In this document: positions 10,039 to 19,320 of the stretch, piece after piece
Position numbering within the stretch: the stretch's first letter is position 1
Layout of the letters: each line of letters opens with the position of its first letter
Assembly: GCA_002773945.1 (NCBI GenBank)
Contig: PEZT01000010.1
Location: 4,028 to 68,027, forward strand
Length of the DNA: 64,000 bases
Direction of reading: 5' to 3'
From: Candidatus Beckwithbacteria bacterium CG10_big_fil_rev_8_21_14_0_10_34_10
GTDB lineage: Bacteria > Patescibacteriota > Microgenomatia > UBA1400
The notes under the pieces: generated by a model
What the model saw: only the letters and a program-made list of their open reading frames with translations
The model's database searches: none
What the model was told of the DNA's origin: nothing
Position numbers and translations under genes: made by a program

Positions 10039-11351
10039 TCTATTAGGCTCTTATTCTCCCCATAAACCTTGTAAATAACCTTTAAATCCTCATTCTGGCA
10101 AAATAGTTGCAGAGCCCTATCTTTTTGCAAAGTTATCATAAGCTCTTCAGCTAACCCTTCTTCCTCCATCAAAATATCTACCTTATTATTGCTATTATAA
10201 TAAGAACAATTTGTTCTGGTTCTGGTAATCCAGTCTTTAGCCAAACTAGCTCTTCTGGCTGTCCAATGAGTATGAGCAAGCAGCCTAACTGAAAAAAAAG
10301 ATATTATTATAGAAATAAATAAATAAAAGTAAAAAAACTTTTTATCAAGTATTTTTTCTAATAGAAACAAAAAGCCAATAAAACTAATAGAAAAATAGAT
10401 TGGATTTAAATGATAAGGCATAAAATAAAAAGGCAAAGCAGAGACAAAAATCCAAAGTAAGTACTTAAGAATTAATTTTAATTCTTTTTTAAATATCTCT
10501 TTTTTAGCTTGATACCATTTGTACAATCCAGCAGTTAATAAAGTTAATAGAATAAAAAATAGGGCATAAATAAGCCTTGTCTCCCATAAATAGCCGTTTT
10601 TAACTCCCTCGGGTAAACCAAATGCTCTTAAAATATACCATCTAAATACAGAAGGAAAAGAACTAAATTTAAAAGAAAAGGCTTGAGTTTCCGGTGCTCC
10701 TGCAAAAAAATAGTTAATCAATAAATTAGAAACAATTATTATTCCATAAGGAGTTATTCTTTTTAATTTGTTCTTATATTTAGAAAATAGAAATATTAAA
10801 ATTGGCAAACTAAAAGCAATTTCTGATGAAAAAATTGCTAAAATGAAAAATAGAAGCGATAAAAAGTAAAGCCAATTTCTCTTTTCATTTTCAAATCTTA
10901 GCCAAAGCCAAAAGGAAAGCAAAAAATATAAAATCCCAAATAAAACATAAGAACCAGTTAAAGAATAAAGACCCATATAAAAAATAGGAGAAATAACATA
11001 CATTAAACTAATTAATTTAGCCTTAATCCTCTCTTTTACAAAACACCTACCAATCTTATAAACCAACCAAGCGCTGAGAATATGAATTAGAAAAGTAAAA
11101 ATAAAGAATGGTAAAACCCTTAACCCAAAAATCCTTTGAAAAGTGAAGAAAAAAATCTGCTGACTTACCGGCCTAAAGGGAATCCCTAAAATAGGCTTAA
11201 AAAAAAGAAAAAATTCACGTAAATTAGCCGCTTTCGAAATTTGAAGAAAATAAAAGTCATCCATAAAAAACCAGCTGGAAAAAATAGGCGCGTAAACTAA
11301 TATAGCTAACAAAATAAGTAAAATTAAATCCAGCTTTAATAATTTCTTCAT
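10035..11351 (-). CDS. polytopic membrane protein
   Basis: Start refined to the internal ATG (MKKLLKLDLILL), which forms an ATGA overlap with the upstream stop at 11348-11350. The track start at 11438 would overlap the upstream gene by 91 nt. Confidence 0.55.
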   Translation of the reverse strand: MKKLLKLDLILLILLAILVYAPIFSSWFFMDDFYFLQISKAANLREFFLFFKPILGIPFRPVSQQIFFFTFQRIFGLRVLPFFIFTFLIHILSAWLVYKIGRCFVKERIKAKLISLMYVISPIFYMGLYSLTGSYVLFGILYFLLSFWLWLRFENEKRNWLYFLSLLFFILAIFSSEIAFSLPILIFLFSKYKNKLKRITPYGIIIVSNLLINYFFAGAPETQAFSFKFSSFPSVFRWYILRAFGLPEGVKNGYLWETRLIYALFFILLTLLTAGLYKWYQAKKEIFKKELKLILKYLLWIFVSALPFYFMPYHLNPIYFSISFIGFLFLLEKILDKKFFYFYLFISIIISFFSVRLLAHTHWTARRASLAKDWITRTRTNCSYYNSNNKVDILMEEEGLAEELMITLQKDRALQLFCQNEDLKVIYKVYGENKSLIE

Positions 11352-12469
11352 TTTTTTCTCTTTCCTAAAACAAACCCAATTAAAAAAACTATACTTGGTA
11401 GGCTGATTAAAGTAAAAGGAACATAATATATTCCCCAATAATCATGGTAAACTGTCATTAGGCCTGGTTTAATTTGAAAAATAAAAAACGGTAAAAAACA
11501 AGCTAAAAACAAAAGATAAGTTATTTTTCTTTTTCTCCAGTATAAATATATAAGCGAAAAAGTAGACCCTAATAAAGAAATTCTAAAAGGAAAAAACCTA
11601 ACTAAATAATAGTAATTAGCTGAATTAAAAGCTAATGTTTTTTGAATTCCTATTAAACTTATCTTTTTTACCTCCGCTCTAGTCCAATTGTTAAAATTAC
11701 TTAAGTTTTCATATCTGCCTACTTGAGGAATATGAACTAAAAGATAAAAACTAACAATTAAAAAAAAAGGAATTAAAATTGAAAAAATGGCTTTTTTGAT
11801 ATTTTTCTTTTCTAATGTTTTTTTTCTAAATAAAAAAACTAGTAAAAAGGAAAAAAGGTGGATACTGAATAATTCTCTAGAAAAAAGGCAAAAAGTAAAA
11901 AAGAGACCCGTCCAAAAAAATTTTTCTTTTAATAAAAAATAAAATCCCCATAAAAAGAAAATTAACCCCCACCATTCTACTTGTATAAACGTAATCTCTT
12001 TTAAGGGTAAAATAAAATAAGGCCACAGAAGAAAAGGAGACAAAAAAGCATATTTCTCTCCCATAAGCTTCTCTCCAATTAAAAAGGCGGCCAACGGTGT
12101 GGTAAAAACCAAGCTTAAAAACAACCAATAAACAGTCCGGCCATCAGTCCCTGGAAAAAGCTTCCAAAGATAAAATAAAAATGGCGTTTTCCAGCCCCAA
12201 ATTTCTCCAGGATAACTATCACTCCCGGAATCCCCTATCTCTCCTAAAGCATAAGCCTGATAAAAAGGAATTCCTTTTTCTATTAAATAATATGTTTTTA
12301 AATAACAATTCATATCAGTATTGTATTTTTCAACCATCGGCTCTTTTTTAACTAACTTAAGCACTGACTGACCCGCCTTAAAAGCAATTAACAAATATCC
12401 CAAAGAACAAATTAGTAAAAAAACTATATTAAGTTTCCTTTTCATTATTGGATTAAAATTTCTCTTCAT
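11348..12469 (-). CDS. polytopic membrane protein
   Basis: Multiple hydrophobic helices. Unknown family. Confidence 0.55.
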   Translation of the reverse strand: MKRNFNPIMKRKLNIVFLLICSLGYLLIAFKAGQSVLKLVKKEPMVEKYNTDMNCYLKTYYLIEKGIPFYQAYALGEIGDSGSDSYPGEIWGWKTPFLFYLWKLFPGTDGRTVYWLFLSLVFTTPLAAFLIGEKLMGEKYAFLSPFLLWPYFILPLKEITFIQVEWWGLIFFLWGFYFLLKEKFFWTGLFFTFCLFSRELFSIHLFSFLLVFLFRKKTLEKKNIKKAIFSILIPFFLIVSFYLLVHIPQVGRYENLSNFNNWTRAEVKKISLIGIQKTLAFNSANYYYLVRFFPFRISLLGSTFSLIYLYWRKRKITYLLFLACFLPFFIFQIKPGLMTVYHDYWGIYYVPFTLISLPSIVFLIGFVLGKRKK

Positions 12470-13821
12470 TTTTCCTTTAACCTAAATTCTACTGGCTGAT
12501 CCGCATAAAACTGAGTAAAAGGAGGACAAATACTAACATCTTCATAGCTCTCCAATTCAATTACTGGTTTTCTCAAACCTTTTTTAATTTCTTGACCCCA
12601 GATAACACATTTAACATGATGGTCCAAATTTCTAAGATCATGAAGAAATTGTTTTTTCTCTCCATAAATTAAAACTAAAATAACAGCTAAAATTAAAGGC
12701 TTGAGTCCGGGAGCATAACTATAAATCTTTTTTAACCCCAAAGAAGCAGTTAATAAAATAGGAGGAAACAAATAGTACAACATATAATCGTGATACCAAG
12801 CAATATTAGGAAATATAACAAGGTGTAAAAGTCCAAATATCAAAAATAAAATAAGAAAATGATCTTTTGAAGAGATTTTTTTTCTTTTTATTAATTCTTT
12901 AAAATAGTTTAATAACCAAAACAGAGATAAAAATAGAACTGTTGAAGTTAGAAATGACCTGGCCCTAGAAAGCTCTAGCCTAAATAACTGAAGCAAAGTA
13001 AATGGCTGGTGTCCACCAAGCCCTTTAACTCTTCGGACAAAAGAACTGGCTAAACCACCATATATTTCTCCGGTTAATAAATATTGATGACCGACAATTA
13101 ACAAAAAACTACCTGCTGAAAGAGCAAAAAGACATATCCCAAAAAAAATTCTTGATTTTTTTAAGGGAAAAATTAAATAATGACCGACTAAAATTAAGCT
13201 TAAGTAAAATCCCGGCCATTCTATCATTTGGCAAACAAAAAGGCTTAATAAAATTAAAACAAAATACTTTTTCTTTTGCTTTTTCCGCCATATAAAATAT
13301 AAATAAACTGTTAAAAGAATAAACGGGGCAATTATAGGTTCAAATACAGGCAAACGAGCATAATACAAAAATAGAGGGGTAAAAATGGCTAATAAAAGAT
13401 ATAAAAAGCCTTGTTTTATTTGATAAATATTTTTAAGGATTAAATTAACAAGAAAAAGAAATAAAAGGCTGAATATTATACTTAAAAGCCGGGCTGACCA
13501 TTCAAAAATTCCAAAAATTTTAAAAAATAATGCTAGTAAAATTGGATAGAGAGAAGGATGGTAAGTATGATAAGTAAAGTCTTTGGCGCTTACCACCCCA
13601 TAGTTGGTAACTTGCCCCAATTTAGTTTCTAAAAATCCATAGCGAAGATAATTTTTGGCAATATTACTATAAAAAACATTATTAAATTCATGCTGTCCCC
13701 AAAACGGCTCATTAATATCTTTTCCCAGTAAAAAAAAGGCTAGGAGCAGAATTAAAAATAGAAAAAAATTGTTTTTAAATTTTGACCAGTTGTTTATAAA
13801 TTTCATGGGTTTTTTGAGCAC
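12466..13821 (-). CDS. polytopic membrane protein, possible GT-C-like
   Basis: N-terminal transmembrane segment followed by the loop EPFWGQHEFNNVFYSNIAKNY, then about 10 further helices. The true start may be Met6 (MKFINN). Confidence 0.5.
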   Translation of the reverse strand: MLKKPMKFINNWSKFKNNFFLFLILLLAFFLLGKDINEPFWGQHEFNNVFYSNIAKNYLRYGFLETKLGQVTNYGVVSAKDFTYHTYHPSLYPILLALFFKIFGIFEWSARLLSIIFSLLFLFLVNLILKNIYQIKQGFLYLLLAIFTPLFLYYARLPVFEPIIAPFILLTVYLYFIWRKKQKKKYFVLILLSLFVCQMIEWPGFYLSLILVGHYLIFPLKKSRIFFGICLFALSAGSFLLIVGHQYLLTGEIYGGLASSFVRRVKGLGGHQPFTLLQLFRLELSRARSFLTSTVLFLSLFWLLNYFKELIKRKKISSKDHFLILFLIFGLLHLVIFPNIAWYHDYMLYYLFPPILLTASLGLKKIYSYAPGLKPLILAVILVLIYGEKKQFLHDLRNLDHHVKCVIWGQEIKKGLRKPVIELESYEDVSICPPFTQFYADQPVEFRLKEK

Positions 13822-14743
13822 ACTTTTGCCAAGAGTATTTTTCTTTAACTAAATTGTATCCTTTTTGCCCCAATATATCTCTATTTTTATCTTTTAAGAC
13901 TCTTAAAATCGCTTTACTTAAGCCACTTGAGTCTTTAGGCTTGACTAAATAACCATTAATTCCATTTTGCACCATTTTTGGATTTTCTCCCACTCGAGTA
14001 ACAATTACCGGCAGCTTAGCCGCCCAAGCCTCAAGCAGAGTTAAAGGCTGGCCTTCAGATAAAGAAGGAAGAACAAAAACATGGCTGGCCTTATACTCCC
14101 TAATTAAATCCTCATGTTTAATCCCACCGGTTATTATTATTAACCTTACATGGGGAAATTCTTTTCTCACTTTTTTCATCGCTTTTCTTAAATAATTTAT
14201 TCCTTTAACAGGATCATTTCTGCCAACAAATAAAATTTTAAAAGGTTTTTCTTTTTTAACCTTTACCTTATCAAAATTCTCTACTTCAACCCCATTGGAA
14301 ATAACAGTTATATTTTTATTAACATTTCTATATTGTAAATAATTAGAGCTAACAGAAATTACCTGATCATATTTAATTCGGGTCAAAACTATATTTTCTA
14401 AAAATGCCCTTAAGGATCGAACTTTTAAATCAAGTAAGTTACTGCCGTGAACCGTAAAAACTATTGGAATCTTTAAAATTAGGCTTAAAATTTTTCCCGG
14501 CACACCCGACCAATAAGCATGAGCATGAATTAAATCAAATTTTTCTTTTCTATTTAACCACCAAGCCTGCGGGATTACCCATAAACTCCACAAAAAACGA
14601 ATTATAATATTAGCCCTTGGACTATGAAGAAGATAATATTTAACTTTGGATTTCTTCTCTAGGATTCTTTCTAAATTTTCAATCTGAATTTGAGCTCCAC
14701 CAATAAAAGGATACCAAGCATCAATTAAAACCAATATTTTCAT
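13775..14743 (-). CDS. GT4 family glycosyltransferase
   Basis: Motif LSEGQPLTLLEAWAAKLPVIVTRVGEN. Confidence 0.8.
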   Translation of the reverse strand: MKILVLIDAWYPFIGGAQIQIENLERILEKKSKVKYYLLHSPRANIIIRFLWSLWVIPQAWWLNRKEKFDLIHAHAYWSGVPGKILSLILKIPIVFTVHGSNLLDLKVRSLRAFLENIVLTRIKYDQVISVSSNYLQYRNVNKNITVISNGVEVENFDKVKVKKEKPFKILFVGRNDPVKGINYLRKAMKKVRKEFPHVRLIIITGGIKHEDLIREYKASHVFVLPSLSEGQPLTLLEAWAAKLPVIVTRVGENPKMVQNGINGYLVKPKDSSGLSKAILRVLKDKNRDILGQKGYNLVKEKYSWQKCAQKTHEIYKQLVKI

Positions 14744-16002
14744 TTTATTAAAACAAATAAATTTTTTAAATAAATTTCCAAGCTTACCTGATCATAAGGC
14801 AAAATTCTCTGCCAATATTTAAACATATTAGTTAAGTTAAGGATAATAAAGAAAGATAAAAAGACCCAGGTTTTTTTATCTCCTATTTTCTCAACAATTC
14901 TTTCCAGTCCACTACCTAAAAAAAGACTTAAAATGGGGTAAATATCAATAAAGGCCCTATTCCCAAAACTAGCTCCAAAAGACCAGTCATACCACGATGA
15001 GATCAAATATATAAACAAAAAAATCACCCCTAAAAAAGGAAAAAACAAAGCTTTGAATTTTTCTTTTAAACCTTTTATTCCAAGTAATCCTAGGAAAAAA
15101 ACAGGCGCCCAGAAAAACAAGCCTTTTCTAACAGAAAACAAAGTTTTAAATATTTTAGGACTTAAAAAATTAAAACCCTCTCCTTTATAAGAAAAAAGAA
15201 AAAAACTACCCGAAACATAATGCCAGTATAAAAACTGGGGCAAACATACAATTAAAAAAGAAAATAAGATAAAAAGTAAAGATTTGAAGTTTTTCTTTTT
15301 AATCAAAGGAAACAAAAGCAAACCAATAATTAGATTACTATTTCTAACAAGAAAAATTAGTCCCAATAGAATTCCTCCAAGAATGGAGTTTTTCAAATTC
15401 AATTCTTTAGGGTTCTTCTTGTTCTTATTATCCAAAAAATATAAAAAGCCGCTTATTAAAGAAAAAGAAAAAACATGACTCATTAAACTATCAAAAGTGG
15501 CATAATGAAATAAATTAGTCGCCAGTAATAAACTAACTAAGGTTAAGACTACAACATTTTTTGAATAATATTTTTGATAAAGTTTTAGTAAAAAAAACAG
15601 TCCTAGAAGTAAATAGAAAATTGCTCCTAAACCAACAAAATGCTGATAAATCATCGTATAGCCGGTTAAGGGCAATGAAAAAGCCAAAGAAACAAGGTGG
15701 CCTAGGAGGAAAAAAGGTGAAATTAACAAAGCTACCCCCAAAGAATATTTATTAATATTTTTTCCGGTTTCATTTAAATAATAAATGGCTGGATATTTTA
15801 AAGATTTAGCATCAGGTAAATATAAATCAGTCTTACTTAAACCAAAGTCCTTATAAATAAAAAAAGCCGGCAGATAACTATAGTAACCGGCGGCATCAGC
15901 CCGAATAGGATTTTTAACAAACTTATTCTTATAAATTATAAAGTAACCAATTAATAAGGTTAAAAAAGCAAAGCTTAAAAAACAAAATACTTTTTTATTC
16001 AT
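14740..16002 (-). CDS. polytopic membrane protein
   Basis: About 12 hydrophobic helices. Unknown family. Confidence 0.5.
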   Translation of the reverse strand: MNKKVFCFLSFAFLTLLIGYFIIYKNKFVKNPIRADAAGYYSYLPAFFIYKDFGLSKTDLYLPDAKSLKYPAIYYLNETGKNINKYSLGVALLISPFFLLGHLVSLAFSLPLTGYTMIYQHFVGLGAIFYLLLGLFFLLKLYQKYYSKNVVVLTLVSLLLATNLFHYATFDSLMSHVFSFSLISGFLYFLDNKNKKNPKELNLKNSILGGILLGLIFLVRNSNLIIGLLLFPLIKKKNFKSLLFILFSFLIVCLPQFLYWHYVSGSFFLFSYKGEGFNFLSPKIFKTLFSVRKGLFFWAPVFFLGLLGIKGLKEKFKALFFPFLGVIFLFIYLISSWYDWSFGASFGNRAFIDIYPILSLFLGSGLERIVEKIGDKKTWVFLSFFIILNLTNMFKYWQRILPYDQVSLEIYLKNLFVLIK

Positions 16003-17116
16003 CTTGCTTAACAGACCTTATGGCTAAATTTAACTTTCTAAAAATATAACTAACATCTTCCCTGCTATAAGAAGCGCTAATTGGTAAATTAATGACTGTT
16101 TTGGATAATAATAGGGCTTTAGGACATTTTTTTAGAAAAGAGCTATATATTTTTTGAGCAATAGGAGCTTTGTACCATAATCTATCAACAATAATGTTTC
16201 CTCTTCTTAAAGAGGCAACTATTTTATCTCTCACTGGAGCAAATTCAGGTTTTAGCCGAATAATAAAATGATAATAAGAAAGACTGCTATTTTCCTCTGG
16301 TTTTTGGGCAATAAATAAGTTGTTTCTCTTTATTTCCTCATAATACCATCGAGCCACTTTTTTTCTCTGGGCTACTTCTTGACCCAACCTATTAAAACCC
16401 TTCTCAAATAGAAAAAGGCTTAACTTACTTGGTCGATAATTATTTAGTTTTTGCGTCTCAATTTTAGGCAGATACTGTCGTCTTTTGATATCCAAAATGT
16501 TTTGATGGAGACCAGCTGTTTTAATTAATAAGCGCTTGGGGTATTTAAGTTCATCCTCCCCACCTTGATTTTCAATAAATTTTTTCTTAGTCAAAAGCAA
16601 ACAACCATTAATATTAGGGATTTGCTTATAAAGACTGAAAAGAATGGCACTCCCCTTATTACCAACAAAGTTTTTTCCAACCTTGCTAAACAAGGCATGG
16701 GCACAATCTTCAATAATAAATACTTTCTTTACTTTTTTTCTAATTTGACTAATATCAACTGGATTACCAAAAGTATGAATCACTACCAAACACTGGGTAT
16801 TTATTGGAATTTTTTCAATATCAAGATTAAAAGTATCTAGATTTACTTCAGTTAAAATTATTTTTTTTCCTGCTTTTTCAGCTGATTTAACTAAAGTCGG
16901 ACAAGTAAAGCCGGGAAAAGTAATGGTTTTATATGGTAAAGACTGAAACAAATAATAAAGAGCATTTCTCCCCCAGTTGAAGTAACTTTCTTTCCAATTT
17001 GTACCCAATTTAAGTCTCTTTTTTAGCAAAAGATAGGGAGAAACGGTTTTTTTATTCAAAACCTCTTCTACTAGACTAGAGGGATGGATTTTAAGATTAA
17101 GATCAAATTTACTCAT
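15995..17116 (-). CDS. DegT/DnrJ/EryC1/StrS-family PLP-dependent sugar aminotransferase (or related dehydratase)
   Basis: Collinear with the family core: THTFGNPVDI corresponds to LYGQPADM, IIEDCAHALF to VIEDAAQAHG, and SAILFSLYKQIP to the PLP-lysine region. Confidence 0.6.
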   Translation of the reverse strand: MSKFDLNLKIHPSSLVEEVLNKKTVSPYLLLKKRLKLGTNWKESYFNWGRNALYYLFQSLPYKTITFPGFTCPTLVKSAEKAGKKIILTEVNLDTFNLDIEKIPINTQCLVVIHTFGNPVDISQIRKKVKKVFIIEDCAHALFSKVGKNFVGNKGSAILFSLYKQIPNINGCLLLTKKKFIENQGGEDELKYPKRLLIKTAGLHQNILDIKRRQYLPKIETQKLNNYRPSKLSLFLFEKGFNRLGQEVAQRKKVARWYYEEIKRNNLFIAQKPEENSSLSYYHFIIRLKPEFAPVRDKIVASLRRGNIIVDRLWYKAPIAQKIYSSFLKKCPKALLLSKTVINLPISASYSREDVSYIFRKLNLAIRSVKQDE

Positions 17117-18257
17117 GAATAACCTTATTATATCCTTTCTTAGTTTGGCCAGCTATTATTTTCCAATCATATTTTTGAGCCAGTTTAATTCCTTCTTTTT
17201 GTTTTATTCTGTAAGTTTTTTCATTTTTTAAAAGGATATCAATTTTTCTTTCTAGATCTACAGCATCTTTTTTCTTAAATAAAAACCCGCCTTCCCCATT
17301 ATTGGTTATCTCTTTATTAACTTCAATATCGGCAATAACATAAGGCACCCCGCAACTTAAAGCCTCAATCGTTACCAATCCAAAACCCTCAATTACTGAA
17401 GGCAAACAAAACACGTAGCTTTCAGCTAGCAACCTCAGTAATTTATCTCTGTCCAAATCTTTAAAAAACTTAACTTTTTTAAAAAGATTCTTTTTGTTAA
17501 CTAAATCTTTTAGTTTTTCTTCTTCTGGCCCTTGGCCAACGATAAATAGTTGAAACTGGGGATATTTTTTTAAAAGTTTTTCAAAAGCTAAAATTAAATC
17601 ACTCACTCGCTTGTATTTTACTAACCGGCTAATACAAATAATTCTTTTTTTCTTTTTTTCTATTCTTAGACTCATTTCTTTAAGCTTTTTAGACTCCACC
17701 CCGCCGTAAACAATTCTAATTTTACTTTTTAAAATTCCTTCTTTTAAAAGCTTATTTTGGGTAGATTTGCTTAAAGAAATTATTCCAGTCCAAGGAAGTT
17801 TTAAGCTAATTCTTTCAATAATCTCCCCAAATATGCCACTTAAACCAAAGTTTTGGAGCCATTTTCCTTTTAAAACATCAGGCCACCAGGAAATTTTAGG
17901 TTTGTTTTTAAAAACACCAAGAAAAAAAGCTGGTAAAAAACTAACCACATTAGAACCTTCAATTAAATCAAAATCTATTTTTAAACCTTTTGAAAAGGCA
18001 GTCAAAATAAACCCAATTCTCCCAAAGATTGAAAAAAAGCTGGCTTCTACCCTTGATGTTTTTGGACCACAAGGATAAACAACAATCTTATTAATCCTGG
18101 TTTTTTCTCTTAAGCTTTGGGTTTTCCGGCAAAGCACAATTACCTTGTTTTCTTTAGCCAGATTTTTAGCCATAAAATATGTTCTTGCTTCTACACCACC
18201 GGTAAATTTAAGCTGAGAAGAATCTGGAAAAAACTCAGTTAAAAGAAGAATTTTCAT
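17109..18257 (-). CDS. GT4 family glycosyltransferase
   Basis: Motif EGFGLVTIEALSCGVPYVIADIEVNKE. Confidence 0.8.
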   Translation of the reverse strand: MKILLLTEFFPDSSQLKFTGGVEARTYFMAKNLAKENKVIVLCRKTQSLREKTRINKIVVYPCGPKTSRVEASFFSIFGRIGFILTAFSKGLKIDFDLIEGSNVVSFLPAFFLGVFKNKPKISWWPDVLKGKWLQNFGLSGIFGEIIERISLKLPWTGIISLSKSTQNKLLKEGILKSKIRIVYGGVESKKLKEMSLRIEKKKKRIICISRLVKYKRVSDLILAFEKLLKKYPQFQLFIVGQGPEEEKLKDLVNKKNLFKKVKFFKDLDRDKLLRLLAESYVFCLPSVIEGFGLVTIEALSCGVPYVIADIEVNKEITNNGEGGFLFKKKDAVDLERKIDILLKNEKTYRIKQKEGIKLAQKYDWKIIAGQTKKGYNKVIHE

Positions 18258-18607
18258 TCCTTTTTCTTTTTTGGTTTATCTTTTAAGGCTATCTCTCTTA
18301 CCAATTGACTAATTTCTTCCCGAAGATTCTCTATTATTACATTAGTCCTAAAAACTAAATAAAACAAAAGAGCAATGGAAATATATATTATGGCGTCTAC
18401 TCCCCGACCAATCCCTAAAAGACTAGCCCAATAATTGCTAAAACCGGGATAAAAAATAGTAAACAAAGCGGCTAACCACAAAGCCAGCCAAAAAAGAAAA
18501 GACCCAAAATTAATTGTTCCCTCTTTAAAACGAAAGTAAACTCGGGAAACAGCAAAAAGCAAAAATAAACTTAATAGTATTTGAACTGGTAAAAAAATTA
18601 TATTCAT
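18254..18607 (-). CDS. DUF2304-family small membrane protein
   Basis: 117 aa with 3-4 transmembrane helices. Signature LGIGRGVDAIIYISIALLFYLVFRTNV followed by a C-terminal charged coiled-coil tail. This family characteristically accompanies Dpm1-like GT2 genes. Confidence 0.65.
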   Translation of the reverse strand: MNIIFLPVQILLSLFLLFAVSRVYFRFKEGTINFGSFLFWLALWLAALFTIFYPGFSNYWASLLGIGRGVDAIIYISIALLFYLVFRTNVIIENLREEISQLVREIALKDKPKKKKE

Positions 18608-19305
18608 CTTCCCAACCTTAAGACCAATTTTACCAAAACTTTTATCCCATTTAAATTAGATTGGCCTTTGGCTAGAGAATAAGGGGTGTAAATTACCCTT
18701 ATAGGAACTTCACAAAACTTCAGTTTATTTTTCCTAATCTGATCAAAAAATTCTGAAGAAACCTCCATTTGCTGAGTTCTTAACTTAATTTTATTAATTG
18801 CTTTCCTGGAAAAAGCCCGAAATCCAGACTGAGAATCAGTCGGATAAATCCCAAAGAATAAAAAAGTAACCAAATCACTTAACTTTAAAATAATTCTTCT
18901 TAATACGGGAATTTTATTTTTAACCTCTAAAAATCTACTTCCTATGACAACATCAGCTTTCTTTTTCATAATTGGCCCAATTATCTTTTCTATATCTTTA
19001 GAATCATGCTGACCATCGCTGTCCATTGTTACTACCACATCTACTTTTTTCTTTCTTCCATACTCCAATCCTGTCTGAAGAGCGCCACCCAAACCCCGAT
19101 TAATTACATGTTTTAAAACCGCTACTCCTTCTTTTTGAGCCTTCTTAGCAGTTTTATCAACGGATGCATCATCAATAACTACAATTTCTGAAGTTAATTT
19201 AAGGTTTTTTAATTCTTTTTTTAAACTTTTTAAAACTCCCTCAATTACTTTTTCTTCATTAAAGGCAGGCAAGACTACTAAAAGTTTTGTTTTTTTACTT
19301 TTCAT
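18604..19305 (-). CDS. GT2 polyprenyl-phosphate sugar synthase (Dpm1-like, soluble type without C-terminal transmembrane segments)
   Basis: LPAFNEE, VIDDASVDKT, DSDGQHD and SGFRAFS motifs. Confidence 0.75.
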   Translation of the reverse strand: MKSKKTKLLVVLPAFNEEKVIEGVLKSLKKELKNLKLTSEIVVIDDASVDKTAKKAQKEGVAVLKHVINRGLGGALQTGLEYGRKKKVDVVVTMDSDGQHDSKDIEKIIGPIMKKKADVVIGSRFLEVKNKIPVLRRIILKLSDLVTFLFFGIYPTDSQSGFRAFSRKAINKIKLRTQQMEVSSEFFDQIRKNKLKFCEVPIRVIYTPYSLAKGQSNLNGIKVLVKLVLRLGR

Positions 19306-19320
19306 TTATTTTCTAAACAC

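Noticed and set aside
10035-11438. Track-defined N-terminus of the 467-aa ORF (start 11438)
   Set aside because: It would overlap the upstream gene by 91 nt. The internal ATG at 11351 forms a canonical ATGA stop/start overlap and precedes the first transmembrane helix, so the shorter 10035-11351 model was preferred.
11877-12128. Same-strand nested ORFs in alternative frames (11877-12128, 13109-13291, 28938-29123, 46841-47071)
   Set aside because: Each sits inside a longer ORF on the same strand in another frame. The longer ORFs have consistent membrane-protein or GT2 character, so the nested ones are taken as spurious.
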